A stretch of DNA of 33,466 bases. Origin: Octopus bimaculoides (taxonomy: Eukaryota). Location: positions 37,677,498-37,710,963 of the forward strand of contig NC_068990.1 of assembly GCF_001194135.2 (NCBI RefSeq), given 5' to 3'. Below the pieces are notes generated by a model, which saw only the letters and a list, made by a program, of their open reading frames with translations, was not told the origin of the DNA and did no database searches. Both the position numbers and the translations under genes were made by a program. Positions 11,406-23,345 of this stretch are shown in pieces; position 1 is the first letter of the stretch; each line of letters opens with the position of its first letter.

Positions 11406-11821
11406 TCTATCTCACCCAATATCATCCTCATCGTTACACAAGTAAACAAAAGTTTGGAAAAATACCAATATAAAATTGTTAAAAAAACGGGGTAAATGAT
11501 GATGATGGTGTGTGGTTAAATAGCTAAACTACAGTTGGAAGCTTTCAACTGTAAAAATTTAGCAGATAATGATGGTGGTGTTGGTGGTCTCTCATAGTCC
11601 GAAAATTCTTTACTGCAATTTCTTGCTGACAAACCTACATAAATAATTTGTTTATAGTGACCAAAATGAATGTGTTGTACATTACGCCACTCTCTCCTTG
11701 AAATCGACGTTGCCTGAATATGTGCAACCGTGTGTTGAAATCACCACATGATTAACGTGAAATGAAATGTTTCTCTAAAGAACATAACACACCAACCGGT
11801 CCAAGAACTGAAATCGCAATC

Positions 11822-12655
11822 TTATGATCATGAGTGCCACTGAAGACCGGTGGCTATGGATGAGGATGAGTAACCTGAAGATAGCAATGGACGCACTTAT
11901 ATGTGCAGCGCATGAACAAGCATTTAGGACTTACTATGTGAAGTGCAGAGTCGACAACACTACCGACAGCTACAAATGCAGAATGTGTGGCGAGAGGGGT
12001 GAAATGGTATGGCGCATCGTTAGCGAATGCCCGAAATTGGCACAATGCGATTAGAAAAGACGAAATGAGAATGTGGCAAGAATAATTCATTGGGAGCTCT
12101 GTGGAAATCACAGCCTACAAAGAGCAAAGCGTGGTATGAACAAGCCCCAGAGGAGTCACCGAAAATGAGAATTGCAAAATCCTGTGGGATGCAATGATTC
12201 AGTGCGATCACCCGACCAGACATTGGAAATCGAACATTGTTGTGGTGAATAAAATCGGAAGAACTAGCATGATTATCGACATAGCATGTTCTGGTGATAA
12301 CAGGATCAAAGAAAAAGAAAAACTGAACAACTACGACGATGTAAAGTGGGAAATAAGAAGGTTGTGGTCAATGAGGGCAGCAGGCATGATACTAATTTTA
12401 ATTGGTGCACTTAGAAGTATCAGCACTCAACTACCAGCATGACTGAAAAAGATTGGTACAAATGTAAAGAGAGAAAATCTATAAAACTCAGCATTGCTTC
12501 GAACTGCAAGAATTCCTCCTAAGCTTTTTGAAGTTTGATCAGTAAACAAGGGTCACCTGATTAGTCTGATGGCTGTGGACAGCTAACACTTTCTATCATA
12601 CCCAGTAAAATGATCGGAGAGTTTTCATCAAATAATAAAAATAATAATAATAATA
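11822..12655 (+). mobile_element. R4-clade retrotransposon 3' part, copy 3
   Basis: ALICAAHEQAFRTYYVK..CRMCGERGEMVWRIVSEC; ENCKILWDAMIQCDH..KSNIVVVNK..IIDIACSGD..EKLNNY..LIGALRS..SALLRTARI, with stops and frameshifts. 3' UTR ends CATCAAAT-(AAT)n. Confidence 0.92.
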
Positions 12656-12940
12656 TCACCTCTGGAAACATGGGTGTTTCGGTCAGTCTCCTTAAACAAT
12701 CCTTATTAAAGGACACTTTGAGCGGGATGGGCTACTCAACCTCAAGAAAATTCTAACTGGGTCTCACCTGCAAGGTCATGCGCTGTTTATTTTTATATGA
12801 GATCACTGTGTCGTGCGCATGTGGTTGTGATGCATGTGCCAGGTGTACCCTTACCAGACGAGTAGTCATGATTGATATATTGAGCTTTGTAAAACCCCAG
12901 TGTCACTTTGATGGCATGCACTGCTCTCTTACTCACTAAT
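12656..12940 (+). mobile_element. Unclassified (TAA)n-tailed retroposon 3' end
   Basis: 285-bp, GC-richer, non-coding segment bracketed by (TAA)n arrays (12631-12655 and 12938-12967). Family not assignable from this window. Confidence 0.45.
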
Positions 12941-12964
12941 AATAATAGTAATAATAATAATAAT

Positions 12965-13140
12965 AATTTCTACTAAAGGTACAAGGCCTGAAATGTTGGG
13001 TGAGGGGGCTATTCGATTACATCGACCCTTGTGTTTCGCTGGTACTTAATTTAATTACACCTCAAAAGGATGGAAAGCAAAATCGACCACGGTGGAATTT
13101 GAACTCAGAACATAAAGTCGGACGAAATGCCACTAAGCAA
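12965..13140 (-). mobile_element. SINE family C
   Basis: Reverse complement of the family C body and tail (TTCTACTAAAGG.ACAAGGCCTG..CTGGTACTTAATTTA..GAATTTGAACTCAGAAC). Confidence 0.88.
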
Positions 13141-13519
13141 ATTTATGGGATGAGGGACAAGTTGTTTACATTGGCTATAGTACCTGGTAGATATTTTGTT
13201 TCTTCGATCCTAGAAAGTTGAAAGACCAAGCTGATCCCGATGTCGCAATTTCAGATTATTTCCAATTGAACTTATGTCTTGGTAACTTGAATTGTTTTCA
13301 GATTATTGGCAGTAGGATGGAATCAACTTCAAATTACTTTAGAGTAATTTGAAATTGACTTCATCCTATCCACTATAGTTTCAAATTGTCTGACTCAAAT
13401 CCTTCCCCAAACGTCCATCACCCTGGTGAGAAATAAAAGAATTATTATATAAATTATTATAACAAGTATGTTTTATGTAATTTATAATTATTATAACTTT
13501 CAATTATTCTTTCTTTAAT

Positions 13520-13570
13520 TCTTTTAATGCTTTCAGTCGAAGAACTGAGGCCATGCTGAAGTACCGCATT
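13520..13570 (-). mobile_element. SINE family B 3' tail fragment
   Basis: TTTCAGTC..ACTGAGGCCATGCTGAAGTACCGC matches TTTCAGTCATTTGACTGCGGCCATGCTGGAGCACCGC. Confidence 0.6.
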
Positions 13571-14289
13571 AACTTATCTTCTATCAGTTTTATTGTAACT
13601 TAATTCCAAGAAGTTAGACTATGATTCAGTTTGTACCAGCTGATCTTCCCTGAGTGCATTCTTGAATGCTTGGCTAGTCCGGTTTCGTCGTTAAGACTTT
13701 ATCCAATGTATTTATTTTTATGTTTCAGTAGAGGTTTCTTTTATATTTCTGATTTCCTTATGTAAGCAGTTGAACAGTTGAAAAAAACTAACCCATATAA
13801 AGTGTATTGATTTATTTTATTTTGTATAATAAATATTTGTTCGCATTTAAAATGTAGTAACATATTTTGTCTTGTGCATATATGTATTTCGTTCGCATAA
13901 ACAAAATATATATTTATACACTTCAAATACATAAACTGCATATATTTATGAAGAAAAAAAGTATTGCGGTAGTAAATCCTCTAATCCGAACCAGTTTCTC
14001 ATTAAAAAAGAATAAAATAATTTTCGCTTTAAAAAATTGCAAACTTAGAATCTCTCAGTAAAAAGTGCTTTTAAAGGCTTCATAAAAAGGTTCAACGATG
14101 TTTAAATATCTGATTCATTATATTATTTTTTTCAATTCTTAGGATTAGCTTCAATGTTACATATGTTTAATGCTATAAATGTATCATTATTTGTAAGTAT
14201 TAGAACTTAGCATGTTCGTGAAATCATAGAGGAGGTACTGTGACCGATGCAAGATTTCAGATTATCGAGAGGTAACTTGAAGTGGGGGT

Positions 14290-14591
14290 GGGGTGGGCTA
14301 ACTTGAATTCTCTACGACAGAAAAATTTGAACTCAGAACTTAAAGAGCTGAAACAAATACCGCAAGGCATTTTTTCCGACTCTCCAACAATAATGATAAT
14401 TTCTGCTATAAACACAAAGCCTTGAAATTTGGGGGAGGCGAGTCGATTATATCGAGCCCAGTACTTGACGGGTACTTATTTCATCCATCCCGAAAGGATG
14501 AAAGACAAAGTCGACCTCAGAACGTGAAGACGGACGAAATACCGCTAAGCATTTCGCCCGGCGTGCTAACGATTCTGCCAACTCACCGCTT

Positions 14592-14593
<2 letters not shown>
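14290..14593 (-). mobile_element. SINE family C: full copy 14398-14593 plus an older partial copy 14290-14395
   Basis: Reverse complement of the head ..CGGCGTGCTAACGATTCTGCCAACTCACCGCTTT followed by (AAT)n; second TTTGAACTCAGAAC block upstream. Confidence 0.85.
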
Positions 14594-14622
<29 letters not shown>

Positions 14623-14760
14623 AAGAAGAAGAAGAAGAAGAAGAAGAAGAAGAAGAAGAAGAAGAAGAAGAAGAAGAAGAAGAAGAAGAAGAAGAAGAAG
14701 AAGAAGAAGAAGAAGAAGAAGAAGAAGAAGAAGAAGAAGAAGAAGAAGAAGAAGAAGAAC
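14594..14760. repeat. (AAT)n followed by a long perfect (AAG)n
   Basis: Visible; source of the poly-K/L/F pseudo-ORFs. Confidence 0.97.
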
Positions 14761-15434
14761 TGAATGAATAAATAAATAAATACTTTGTAAATTTTCAATC
14801 CTTGTATTTTGATGCATTTAAAAGTTCTGCAACAAAATAGATTCTTTCATGAGATAGAAACCAAAATATAATTGACAAAGTAGCCTATTTTTATAGCAAC
14901 ATATTGTTATTATTGTTGCTATTGTTGTTATTTTTTTTATTTCGATTATTATTACTATCATCATCACCATCATCATCATTATCGTTATATCTTTTAGAAT
15001 ATTTATATTTAATCTTTCCCTCATGGTTTTTCTAATTTTAGAGAGAATATATATATATATTTTTTTAATTTTCATTTTTATTCGTTATAAAATTTTTATG
15101 CTAATTTTATATCCCACTCTTTTTTCTGTCACGTAATAAATTTCATCTTTAGATAGAGAAAGAAAATGTCAGATCTCTATTTTATTTGTTTATTTAAATT
15201 TCACTTGTGATTGTCCTTTTATTATTTGTATTTTTAATAATGTTTTTTATGTGTACTTTCTGTTTATTTCGTTATTTCCATTTTTATTGTTACTTACTAT
15301 TTTTTGCGTGTGTTTGGCAAAGCTGAATGCGTCAGTTTTGAAAAGATAAGCAAGAAAGAAAATTGAAAATTTAATCTAAAAAAAAAAACCTTCAACTTGA
15401 ATGAAATTTTAATGTCAGCATTGTGTACAAATAA

Positions 15435-15720
15435 AGCATATATATATATATATATATATATATCATATTATATGTATGTATGTATGTATGTGTGCGTGCG
15501 TATGTATGTACATATACATATCTATACGTACATACATACACAGACATATACATACATAAACACACGCATAAATATACGTATATATACATACATATATCTA
15601 TACGCGCGCGCATACACACATTAAATTAATGCCGAGTCAAAAATCTTGCATATGTATATAAATGTGTGTGTGTGTGTGTGCATATGTACATGAACACACA
15701 CACAAACACATACATAACGT
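15435..15720. repeat. Compound (TA)/(TATG)/(CA)/(TG) microsatellite
   Basis: Visible. Confidence 0.9.
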
Positions 15721-15954
15721 ATGACAGATATATGTTCAGAAATCCAGCACACCCTTATACATAGAGACGTATGTAATGCATAGCATTAACCCTAAAATCC
15801 AGAAAATTGCGTTTGAGGTTGAAACATTCGAAAAGTGGAAACAACATCAACCATAAACATACCAAGCACAAGGAAAGCAAGAGATGCGGCATAAGACACA
15901 ATAATAGCAACGAAAAGACATAATGCAGTCACACAGTCAACAGCAATGAGCCTT

Positions 15955-16440
15955 TGAAGGAGCCCTTTACATGGTTACTCATTTTGCCAGAAATAGTGAT
16001 TAAAACTCCCTTCTTCATTCTCTTTTTTTTTCGTCCTTTTAAAGCCTAGCCAGGCTCATGGGCCCGGTTTCCCGGTTTCTATGGCGTAAGTGTTCCCCTC
16101 AGCTGGACGGGACGCCAGTCCATCGCAGCGTTACTCAAGAAAGAAAGTTGGGGCGAAAGAGTACAACAGAGATCGCCGCCAGACCCTGCCGGAGCCTCGT
16201 GGAGCTTTAGCTGTTTTCGCTCAATAAACACACACAACGTCCGGTCCTCCGACCGCGAGGCCGCTGCCCTAACCACTGGGCCATTGCGTCTCCCCTTCTT
16301 CATACTACTGTCTTTAAAAGAATTGGAGATAGGTTATATAGTGTAGGCCTAGATACACTTAAAAAACCAGATGGTCATAATTGGAATGACTTTGATTAAA
16401 GGTGATAGATTATATTTAACCCGGGGTTAAACAGCAACAA
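15955..16440 (-). repeat. Dispersed repeat family D interrupted by a SINE
   Basis: Similar to 3620-3815 once the 16019-16292 insertion and one TSD are removed. Confidence 0.45.
16019..16292 (-). mobile_element. SINE family A variant with a different 3' tail and deleted B box
   Basis: Family A head and centre, tail GCTGCGATGGACTGGCGTCCCGTCCAG..AAACCGGGAAACCGGGCCCATGAGCC, A-rich end. 11-bp TSD CCCTTCTTCAT at 16008-16018 and 16293-16303. Confidence 0.88.
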
Positions 16441-16780
16441 CTATGACAGTGTCAACAAAATCAACAATGGCAGCAAAACAGCAACAACAATAATAACGAA
16501 GTCACGGAAAACAATAGCAAATTCAACGGCCATAATAGCAACAAAAACAGAAATGTAAACAACAACAACGAAGACGACGACAACAACAACAATAACAACA
16601 GCAATAGCTAGAGCAAAAATAATGGGAACAACAACATCAACGGCAACTTTGAAACTAACAAAAACAAAAAGAAAAGCGCCACAACTCCAAAAATAGGAAC
16701 TAAACCACTACCACAAATAAGAACAAAAGTAACAAATAAAAATAATATCTACAACAATAACAACATCATTCACAACAACA
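16435..16780. repeat. Degenerate (AAC)n-rich low-complexity tract
   Basis: Visible. Confidence 0.85.
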
Positions 16781-17689
16781 AGCTGCTCGAGAACTGAAGT
16801 GAACGACTAGCTGATGTAACATTTAAATGTGCAGAACAAGAGAGATATTGAGCTAATTAATGTAGCTTTGAGTATTGACACTTAATAAACTAAAATAGAC
16901 GTTAATGTTTGTTCGCTGGTTAACGTGTTCGTTTATTGCTGTGAATTTGTTTTTTGTATTTTCTTTCGTCTAATTTGTTTTTCTTCATTTCTACATTTTT
17001 AAAAAATATTTTAAAAAATGTTTTAATATTGATGTTGTTATTGTTCCAGCAGTGCTAATGAAGTATCCTTAGAGTCGTAAATTAATTAAATAATTAATTA
17101 ATATAATAATAAACTCTGTGCAAGCATAATAAGGTGGGTTGCTAGCTCAGCAAATGGATGGATGGGTAGACGTGTGGATGGCTGTTGGGGCATGATAAGG
17201 TTGTCGTTTTTCACAGAACTGTTACGGTGTTGGCTGTTGGGGGATATGGAGAAGCGAAAGAGGAGTAGAGGGTTATAAAAATGGTTGTTTTATTTTTTAA
17301 ATTATAAAACAATTCAAAGAAACTAAATTATGCAACAGGAAAATGAAACAAAAGACAGTGCACGTGTGTATGCGTTGCTATGACTTGTATATGGATAATT
17401 ATATGAATGCATATACATACATACACACGCAAACACACACACATATTTTATCATATATATATGTATATATATGCATGCATACACACACATGAAGTGTGAT
17501 AGATACACACGCACACACACACGTTATCATATATATATGTATATGTATGCAAACATACATGCACACACGTATTGCTTTTGGGTTTTTTTATCACCCCAAA
17601 ACATTAAATAGTTCAAAAGATTCATATGCTAGAAGCGTGTCAAGTTTGTTTTATATATAAGTGTGTGTGTAAGTGTGCATGTGAAAGCA

Positions 17690-18770
17690 GTTGATCTATA
17701 TGTAAGGGGATCCGTTTTTACCATTGATAAATGGGGAGTTCAATTCGGGATCCAGACTGCTTGTTATCTCTTTGAGCGAGACACTTCATTTCACGCTGCT
17801 TCAGTTAACTCAGCCAAGTATACTCTCCAAAATGATGTCCAATATGTTTTCTTTTTGTCCAAGACATACTACTTTGACACGCTGCTACACTGAAAGCTCT
17901 TGACCCTCCATGATCTGCTGGTTAGTAGAATGTTGTTGCGTGTTGCTCTGCTGAGTTAGGGCTTTCAAGGAATAATTTCCAGGCTGTTCCTTCCTAACTC
18001 TCAGTGATGTTATTTGCTTCAGGTATGCAAATTCAATTTTTGGAGGAACATCACTAACTTGTGATTAGTACATGCTATTATATTATGGATACGATAGACA
18101 TTCACTAGCTGTTTGAATTGATGGCAATTGTCTACGTCCTTTTGTTTGTCTTAGATACAGGCAGTCTATACCACCATTGATGGGGAAAATTCTGAGATTG
18201 CTTAACTGTTTTTGCAGTTTTAAGCATTAATACCTAGGATTGTATCTAGCGGCGTATGGAGTAGCATAGATATTGGTATGAATACTGGTAAAGCAAACAG
18301 ATCGGAGTTGGGGAGGCGTTACGTGTTTCAGTCAGAGGCTTTGGCCATGCCAGTTTGTATTCTGTATCTGAGAATAATATTCCTTGGTTACGTGATCCTT
18401 GTTACAAATTATATCATCAGAAATACTTTTATTCATTCCTTAGATGACATTACATCCCTCATTAGATATAGGGGAAATAGTCAGAACATTGATAGAGATA
18501 TTACTAGGCTTGATTGTTGCTTTCCTTGATGGTGAAACTTTAATCCTGGCTAAACGCGATTGAAAATTGCATAACTAAGACAAGGCATTCCTTCATAGAG
18601 TATTTATTTTATGCATAAAATTTCAGGTCATCTTCAAGGATTCTGTGCCAAGTTGGTGTTTCTGATTTCACGCAAGCAACTCATGTATTCTTCAAAGTTC
18701 ATCGATAAAGGGGATACCAGCAAGCAATTGATGGTACTATGAAAGTATGCAAAATGCTGCAAAATTTTAG
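17690..18770 (-). mobile_element. R4-clade retrotransposon RT-region fragment, copy 4 (decayed)
   Basis: EDDLKFYA (18612-18635; RT DDLKLYA motif), VTKEYY, FALPVF and GIDCLYLRQTKGRRQL (the DRLYL.R..GGRGL thumb motif), with many stops and frameshifts. Confidence 0.8.
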
Positions 18771-19009
18771 CTTGTATTAAGTACACATGCACATACATAA
18801 AAGTCTGCCAACACATGTACACACACACATACACATTAGCAGATATGACCGATAAAGAGATATCTAAATTCAGATTTAAAAGAAAAGGGTCTGTTTCTGC
18901 GTTAGAAATATGATCATTTGCCTTTAGTGTATGATTTTTAATATAAAACCAAATAGCAAACATAATCTCGCTCAAATGAATGCATAGATATACACATAAA
19001 GACATGAAC

Positions 19010-19100
19010 ATACATACACATATAGATACGTACATACAGACATGAATATATGCATACATATATGTGTGTGTGTGAATATATACATATATATATTTATGCA

Positions 19101-19151
<51 letters not shown>

Positions 19152-19224
19152 ATGTATGCATATCTATCTATATATGTATATACAGATACATATATATATT
19201 TATGCATATCTATATACCTACCTG

Positions 19225-19259
<35 letters not shown>

Positions 19260-19855
19260 CCTTATATATATATATATATATATATATNNNNNNNNNNNNN
19301 NNNNNNNNNNNNNNNNNNNNNNNNNNNNNNNNNNNNNNNNNNNNNNNNNNNNNNNNNNNNNNNNNNNNNNNNNNNNNNNNNNNNNNNNNNNNNNNNNNNN
19401 NNNNNNNNNNNNNNNNNNNNNNNNNNNNNNNNNNNNNNNNNNNNNNNNNNNNNNNNNNNNNNNNNNNNNNNNNNNNNNNNNNNNNNNNNNNNNNNNNNNN
19501 NNNNNNNNNNNNNNNNNNNNNNNNNNNNNNNNNNNNNNNNNNNNNNNNNNNNNNNNNNNNNNNNNNNNNNNNNNNNNNNNNNNNNNNNNNNNNNNNNNNN
19601 NNNNNNNNNNNNNNNNNNNNNNNNNNNNNNNNNNNNNNNNNNNNNNNNNNNNNNNNNNNNNNNNNNNNNNNNNNNNNNNNNNNNNNNNNNNNNNNNNNNN
19701 NNNNNNNNNNNNNNNNNNNNNNNNNNNNNNNNNNNNNNNNNNNNNNNNNNNNNNNNNNNNNNNNNNNNNNNNNNNNNNNNNNNNNNNNNNNNNNNNNNNN
19801 NNNNNNNNNNNNATATATATATATATATATATATATAAATGTATATATATATATT
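19010..19855. repeat. (TA)/(TC)/(TATC) microsatellites flanking gap 19288-19812
   Basis: Visible. Confidence 0.95.
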
Positions 19856-19944
19856 AATGTTTGCTGTTATTTTCAGTCGCAATAAAAACAATTTTATATT
19901 AATCTGAAGGGTTAGTCTATTCTTTGGTAGAGTACAAATTTATT

Positions 19945-20070
19945 ATTCTTAAACAAGAATATCATTGACAGTGACTTCGAAGTATAGGCCAGCTAAACCA
20001 TCGTCGGCCAGCGATCGTTTAGCTGGTCGAAATTCCGAATTCACTGTCGATAATATTCTTGTTTAAGAAT
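19945..20070. mobile_element. 126-bp palindromic hairpin, MITE-like
   Basis: ATTCTTAAACAAGAATATCATTGACAGTGA pairs with TCACTGTCGATAATATTCTTGTTTAAGAAT (2 mismatches in 30). Inner stem CCAGCTAAAC.ATCG / CGATCGTTTAGCTGG. Confidence 0.6.
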
Positions 20071-20789
20071 TATATCTATATAAAGAGAGAGAAAGAGACA
20101 GAGAGAGCGAGAGGGAGAGAGAGAGAGAGAGAGATAGAGAGTGAGAGGAAAAGAGAGAGATTTATATCTATATATTCATATGTATCTACATACATTTGCA
20201 TGTGTGGGTACCTAACTGTGCGAGCACAAATAGATATACGCATTTCTGAATGTGCTTGCATATACTTTATCTATCTATCTATCTACCTATATATATATAT
20301 GGGTTGGGGATCTGTTTCTGCTTGCCTGTTTGTCTGTTTGTCTATTCATCACTTAACGTTCATTTTCCATGATTGTGTGTGTTGGACACCATCATCAAGT
20401 ATTGTGTAGTTCATAATGACGTAGTGCTTATTTCAGTTAGGTACTTTATTAGTTCTGATATTTCGGGTAAAATACCCACTTTCAAAAAGTGTCTAAAAAG
20501 CAAGAAAGAAATACACCTGTTAGCTTCCGTATGTATACGGTTGTGCATGAATATATGTATATGTACTTGCACACATGCATACACATAAAATAAACGCTGT
20601 ATATGATAAAGAGATTCATACTCATGTATCGTACCCAATATGTAAATGGTTTTAATAGCTACTCATAGGACTTTGTTTGATATTTGCTAATGTTCAGATT
20701 ATTTTTTCTGATATATGAAATGATAGAAACCTGTGAACCTACATAAGAAAATATTAAATAAGGTACAATAAAAGTCATAATCTACATTA

Positions 20790-21400
20790 TTACGAGGATA
20801 TTGATTTAAAAGGACATAATGAAGAACTTAAAGATCTAACAACGCGTCTTCACACAACTGCAAGAGGTTATGAAAACGAAGGCAAAGTTCGCAAAAAAGC
20901 AAAACAATTATTTCTAACAACAATAATAACGTAATGTAAATATCAAGAAAGATGTTAAAACAATGTGATGAATTAAAATATTTTGGAACAATAAAAGATT
21001 TGAGATCAAAGAACGAAATAAAATACCAAACTGCAACAATTACAATGGCTTTAGTATAATTAGAGCGCGTTTGAAAAAAGAATGTATAAAAGATTATAAA
21101 TAACAGCTCAAGTTAATTTTTAAGTGCAACAACAATTTTAACTGAATTTTATGGGTGTAAATAATGAACTTTAGATGGTGAAAGTGAGAAAAACGCCATG
21201 ACTTTGTAAAAACAATTTTATAGAAAAATTATTAAGATTTCTCTGTTTGAACATGGAACTAACGAGCGTATTGAAAAAGAAATGGTTGAAAAGGCAATGA
21301 TTAAGGAAACTCTTGCGTCAGTTATTAAGCAGCAGAAAATAAAGCATTTTGTCATACATAGAGACACTATCACAACCTTTCTCTTGTAAGTGTGATATGA
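20790..21400 (+). mobile_element. RTE-clade LINE 3' RT fragment (decayed)
   Basis: YEDIDLKGHNEELKDLTTRL (FADDIDL motif), DELKYFG, SKNEIK..A..TMA..LERV*K, FYGCK**TL..SEK..FYRKIIKIS..EHGTNE (LLYGCETWTL..RK.LRISY.EH.TN). Confidence 0.85.
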
Positions 21401-22002
21401 AGGAGCATAACATGCTAGAAACAACAATGAGATATCCCTCGCCATAACCAAACCTTACTGGATTTTAAAAATAAACTGTGGAAAGATATATTAGATAATG
21501 TAGCCCTTACCATTAGATGCACTATCGTCTACTGAATTAGAGTAATCTGGGGTTCAATAGCAACAAGTTATTGTAAATATTGTAAAGCACAGATTGCTTT
21601 CCCCACCCAACCCCACGTAAAAAGTTTATTAGATCACAAAGTAATATGAAGTAACTGAGAGGGAGATGGTGGAAACTAAGAGGTTGGTAGATGACTGAGG
21701 AAAATGGCGGAGATGGTGTGCGTGACTTACTGTTGATCTAAGGCCTTCTGTTTAGGATAATGGCTTTTAATTTTTTGTACATTTATAATTAACATTTTCA
21801 AACCCTTTTTCTTGGTTGAAAGACTGAATTCGACCCGCAGGTAAACGCGGCCACATGTCCTTGAAACACTTTTTGGATGCAAAACAGGTCAGATCCATAT
21901 TCTAAAATTATATTTTCCCCTTCTTTTCTTTAATATTGATAAGTAGTTTTGGTCGCAGTCTTTCCATCTTTGATTAAGTCATGTTTGAAAATAATGTCAT
22001 TA

Positions 22003-22156
22003 ATGATCCCTTCTATTATAAGCTCAAGGTCTGAAATTTTGGGTGAGGGGTTAAGTCGATTACACTGACCCCAGTATGCAACTGCTATTTAATTTGTCAA
22101 CTCTGAAAAGATGCAAAGCGAAGTCGACCTCGGCGGAATTTGATCTCAGAACGTAG
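22003..22156 (-). mobile_element. SINE family C, 5'-truncated
   Basis: GGTCTGAAATTTTGGG..GTCGATTACA.TGACCCCAGTA..GCGAAGTCGACCTCGGCGGAATTTGATCTCAGAACG. Confidence 0.88.
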
Positions 22157-22820
22157 CAAGTGTCTTCTACTAAAGGTTTGGACCGATCAAAGCCTTGTGA
22201 GTGGATTTGGTAGACGGAAACTGAAAGCAGCCCATCGTATATAANNNNNNNNNNNNNNNNNNNNNNNNNNNNNNNNNNNNNNNNNNNNNNNNNNNNNNNN
22301 NNNNNNNNNNNNNNNNNNNNNNNNNNNNNNNNNNNNNNNNNNNNNNNNNNNNNNNNNNNNNNNNNNNNNNNNNNNNNNNNNNNNNNNNNNNNNNNNNNNN
22401 NNNNNNNNNNNNNNNNNNNNNNNNNNNNNNNNNNAAAGATGCAAAGCGAAGTCGACCTCGGCGGAATTTGATCTCAGAACGTAGCAAGTGTCTTCTACTA
22501 AAGGTTTGGACCGATCAAAGCCTTGTGAGTGGATTTGGTAGACGGAAACTGAAAGCAGCCCATCGTATATAAGTATATGTATCTATACATATGTGCCTTT
22601 GTATCTGAACTTGTCCCACCGCCACTTGGCAACCAGTGCTGGTCTCTTCACATCACCTTGATTTAGTGGTTCGGCAAAAGAGTCCGATAGAATAAGTATT
22701 AGGCTTCGAAAAAGAAAAAAAATAAATGATGGGGTCAATTGGTTTGCTTAAAATTCTTCGAAGCGGTGCTCCAACATGGCCATAGTCTATTGACTGAAAC
22801 AAGTAAAAGTTAAAAGAAAA
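22157..22820 (+). mobile_element. SINE family B, 5'-truncated (split and partly duplicated across gap 22245-22434)
   Basis: Starts CAAGTGTCTTCTACTA and ends GACTGAAACAAGTAAAAGTTAAAAG. Confidence 0.88.
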
Positions 22821-23304
22821 TATAAACATAATCATTTCAAAGGTATGACCCAAAAATTTTCTTGCTATTTCTAGCAGGGACAGCAACCACACAAGGGCTC
22901 TCTTTCTTTTTTCGCCCCTTTCTCCTCGTCTCTCCATCTCTCTCTCCCCCCTCTCTCTCTTTCTCTCTGTTTAATATGCTTTGATCGATGAAATCAATTT
23001 TATCGCCAGCCATAAATAAATAATTATAATTACTGACCTTCTACCAAGTCCAAAGTAATCATTATTTGTTAACGATGTTTTGTTGTAGATAAATGGTTAA
23101 GTTGTCTCTTTTTCCTCACTATATTTCAGTTGAAAGGAAATCTAAAATAGCAAAATAAAATAATAGGTATCGATACTTTAGTTGTACCAGCGATATATTA
23201 CAGTTAAAATGTACTCAGTTGGAAGTCAAGTGGGAACTAATGAAAACAGATAGCAGAAAAAAATAGGTATAAAGAAATAACATCAGGATTTACAGTGCAT
23301 TGCT

Positions 23305-23307
23305 GCA

Positions 23308-23345
<38 letters not shown>
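23305..23345. repeat. (CTA)n microsatellite
   Basis: Visible. Confidence 0.95.

Noticed and set aside
14422-14817. Poly-K/L/F ORFs
   Set aside because: Translations of (AAG)n and (AAT)n.
23131-23160. Strong plus-strand acceptor followed by ERKSKIAK*
   Set aside because: Cannot be linked to any supported upstream exon; chance occurrence is plausible.
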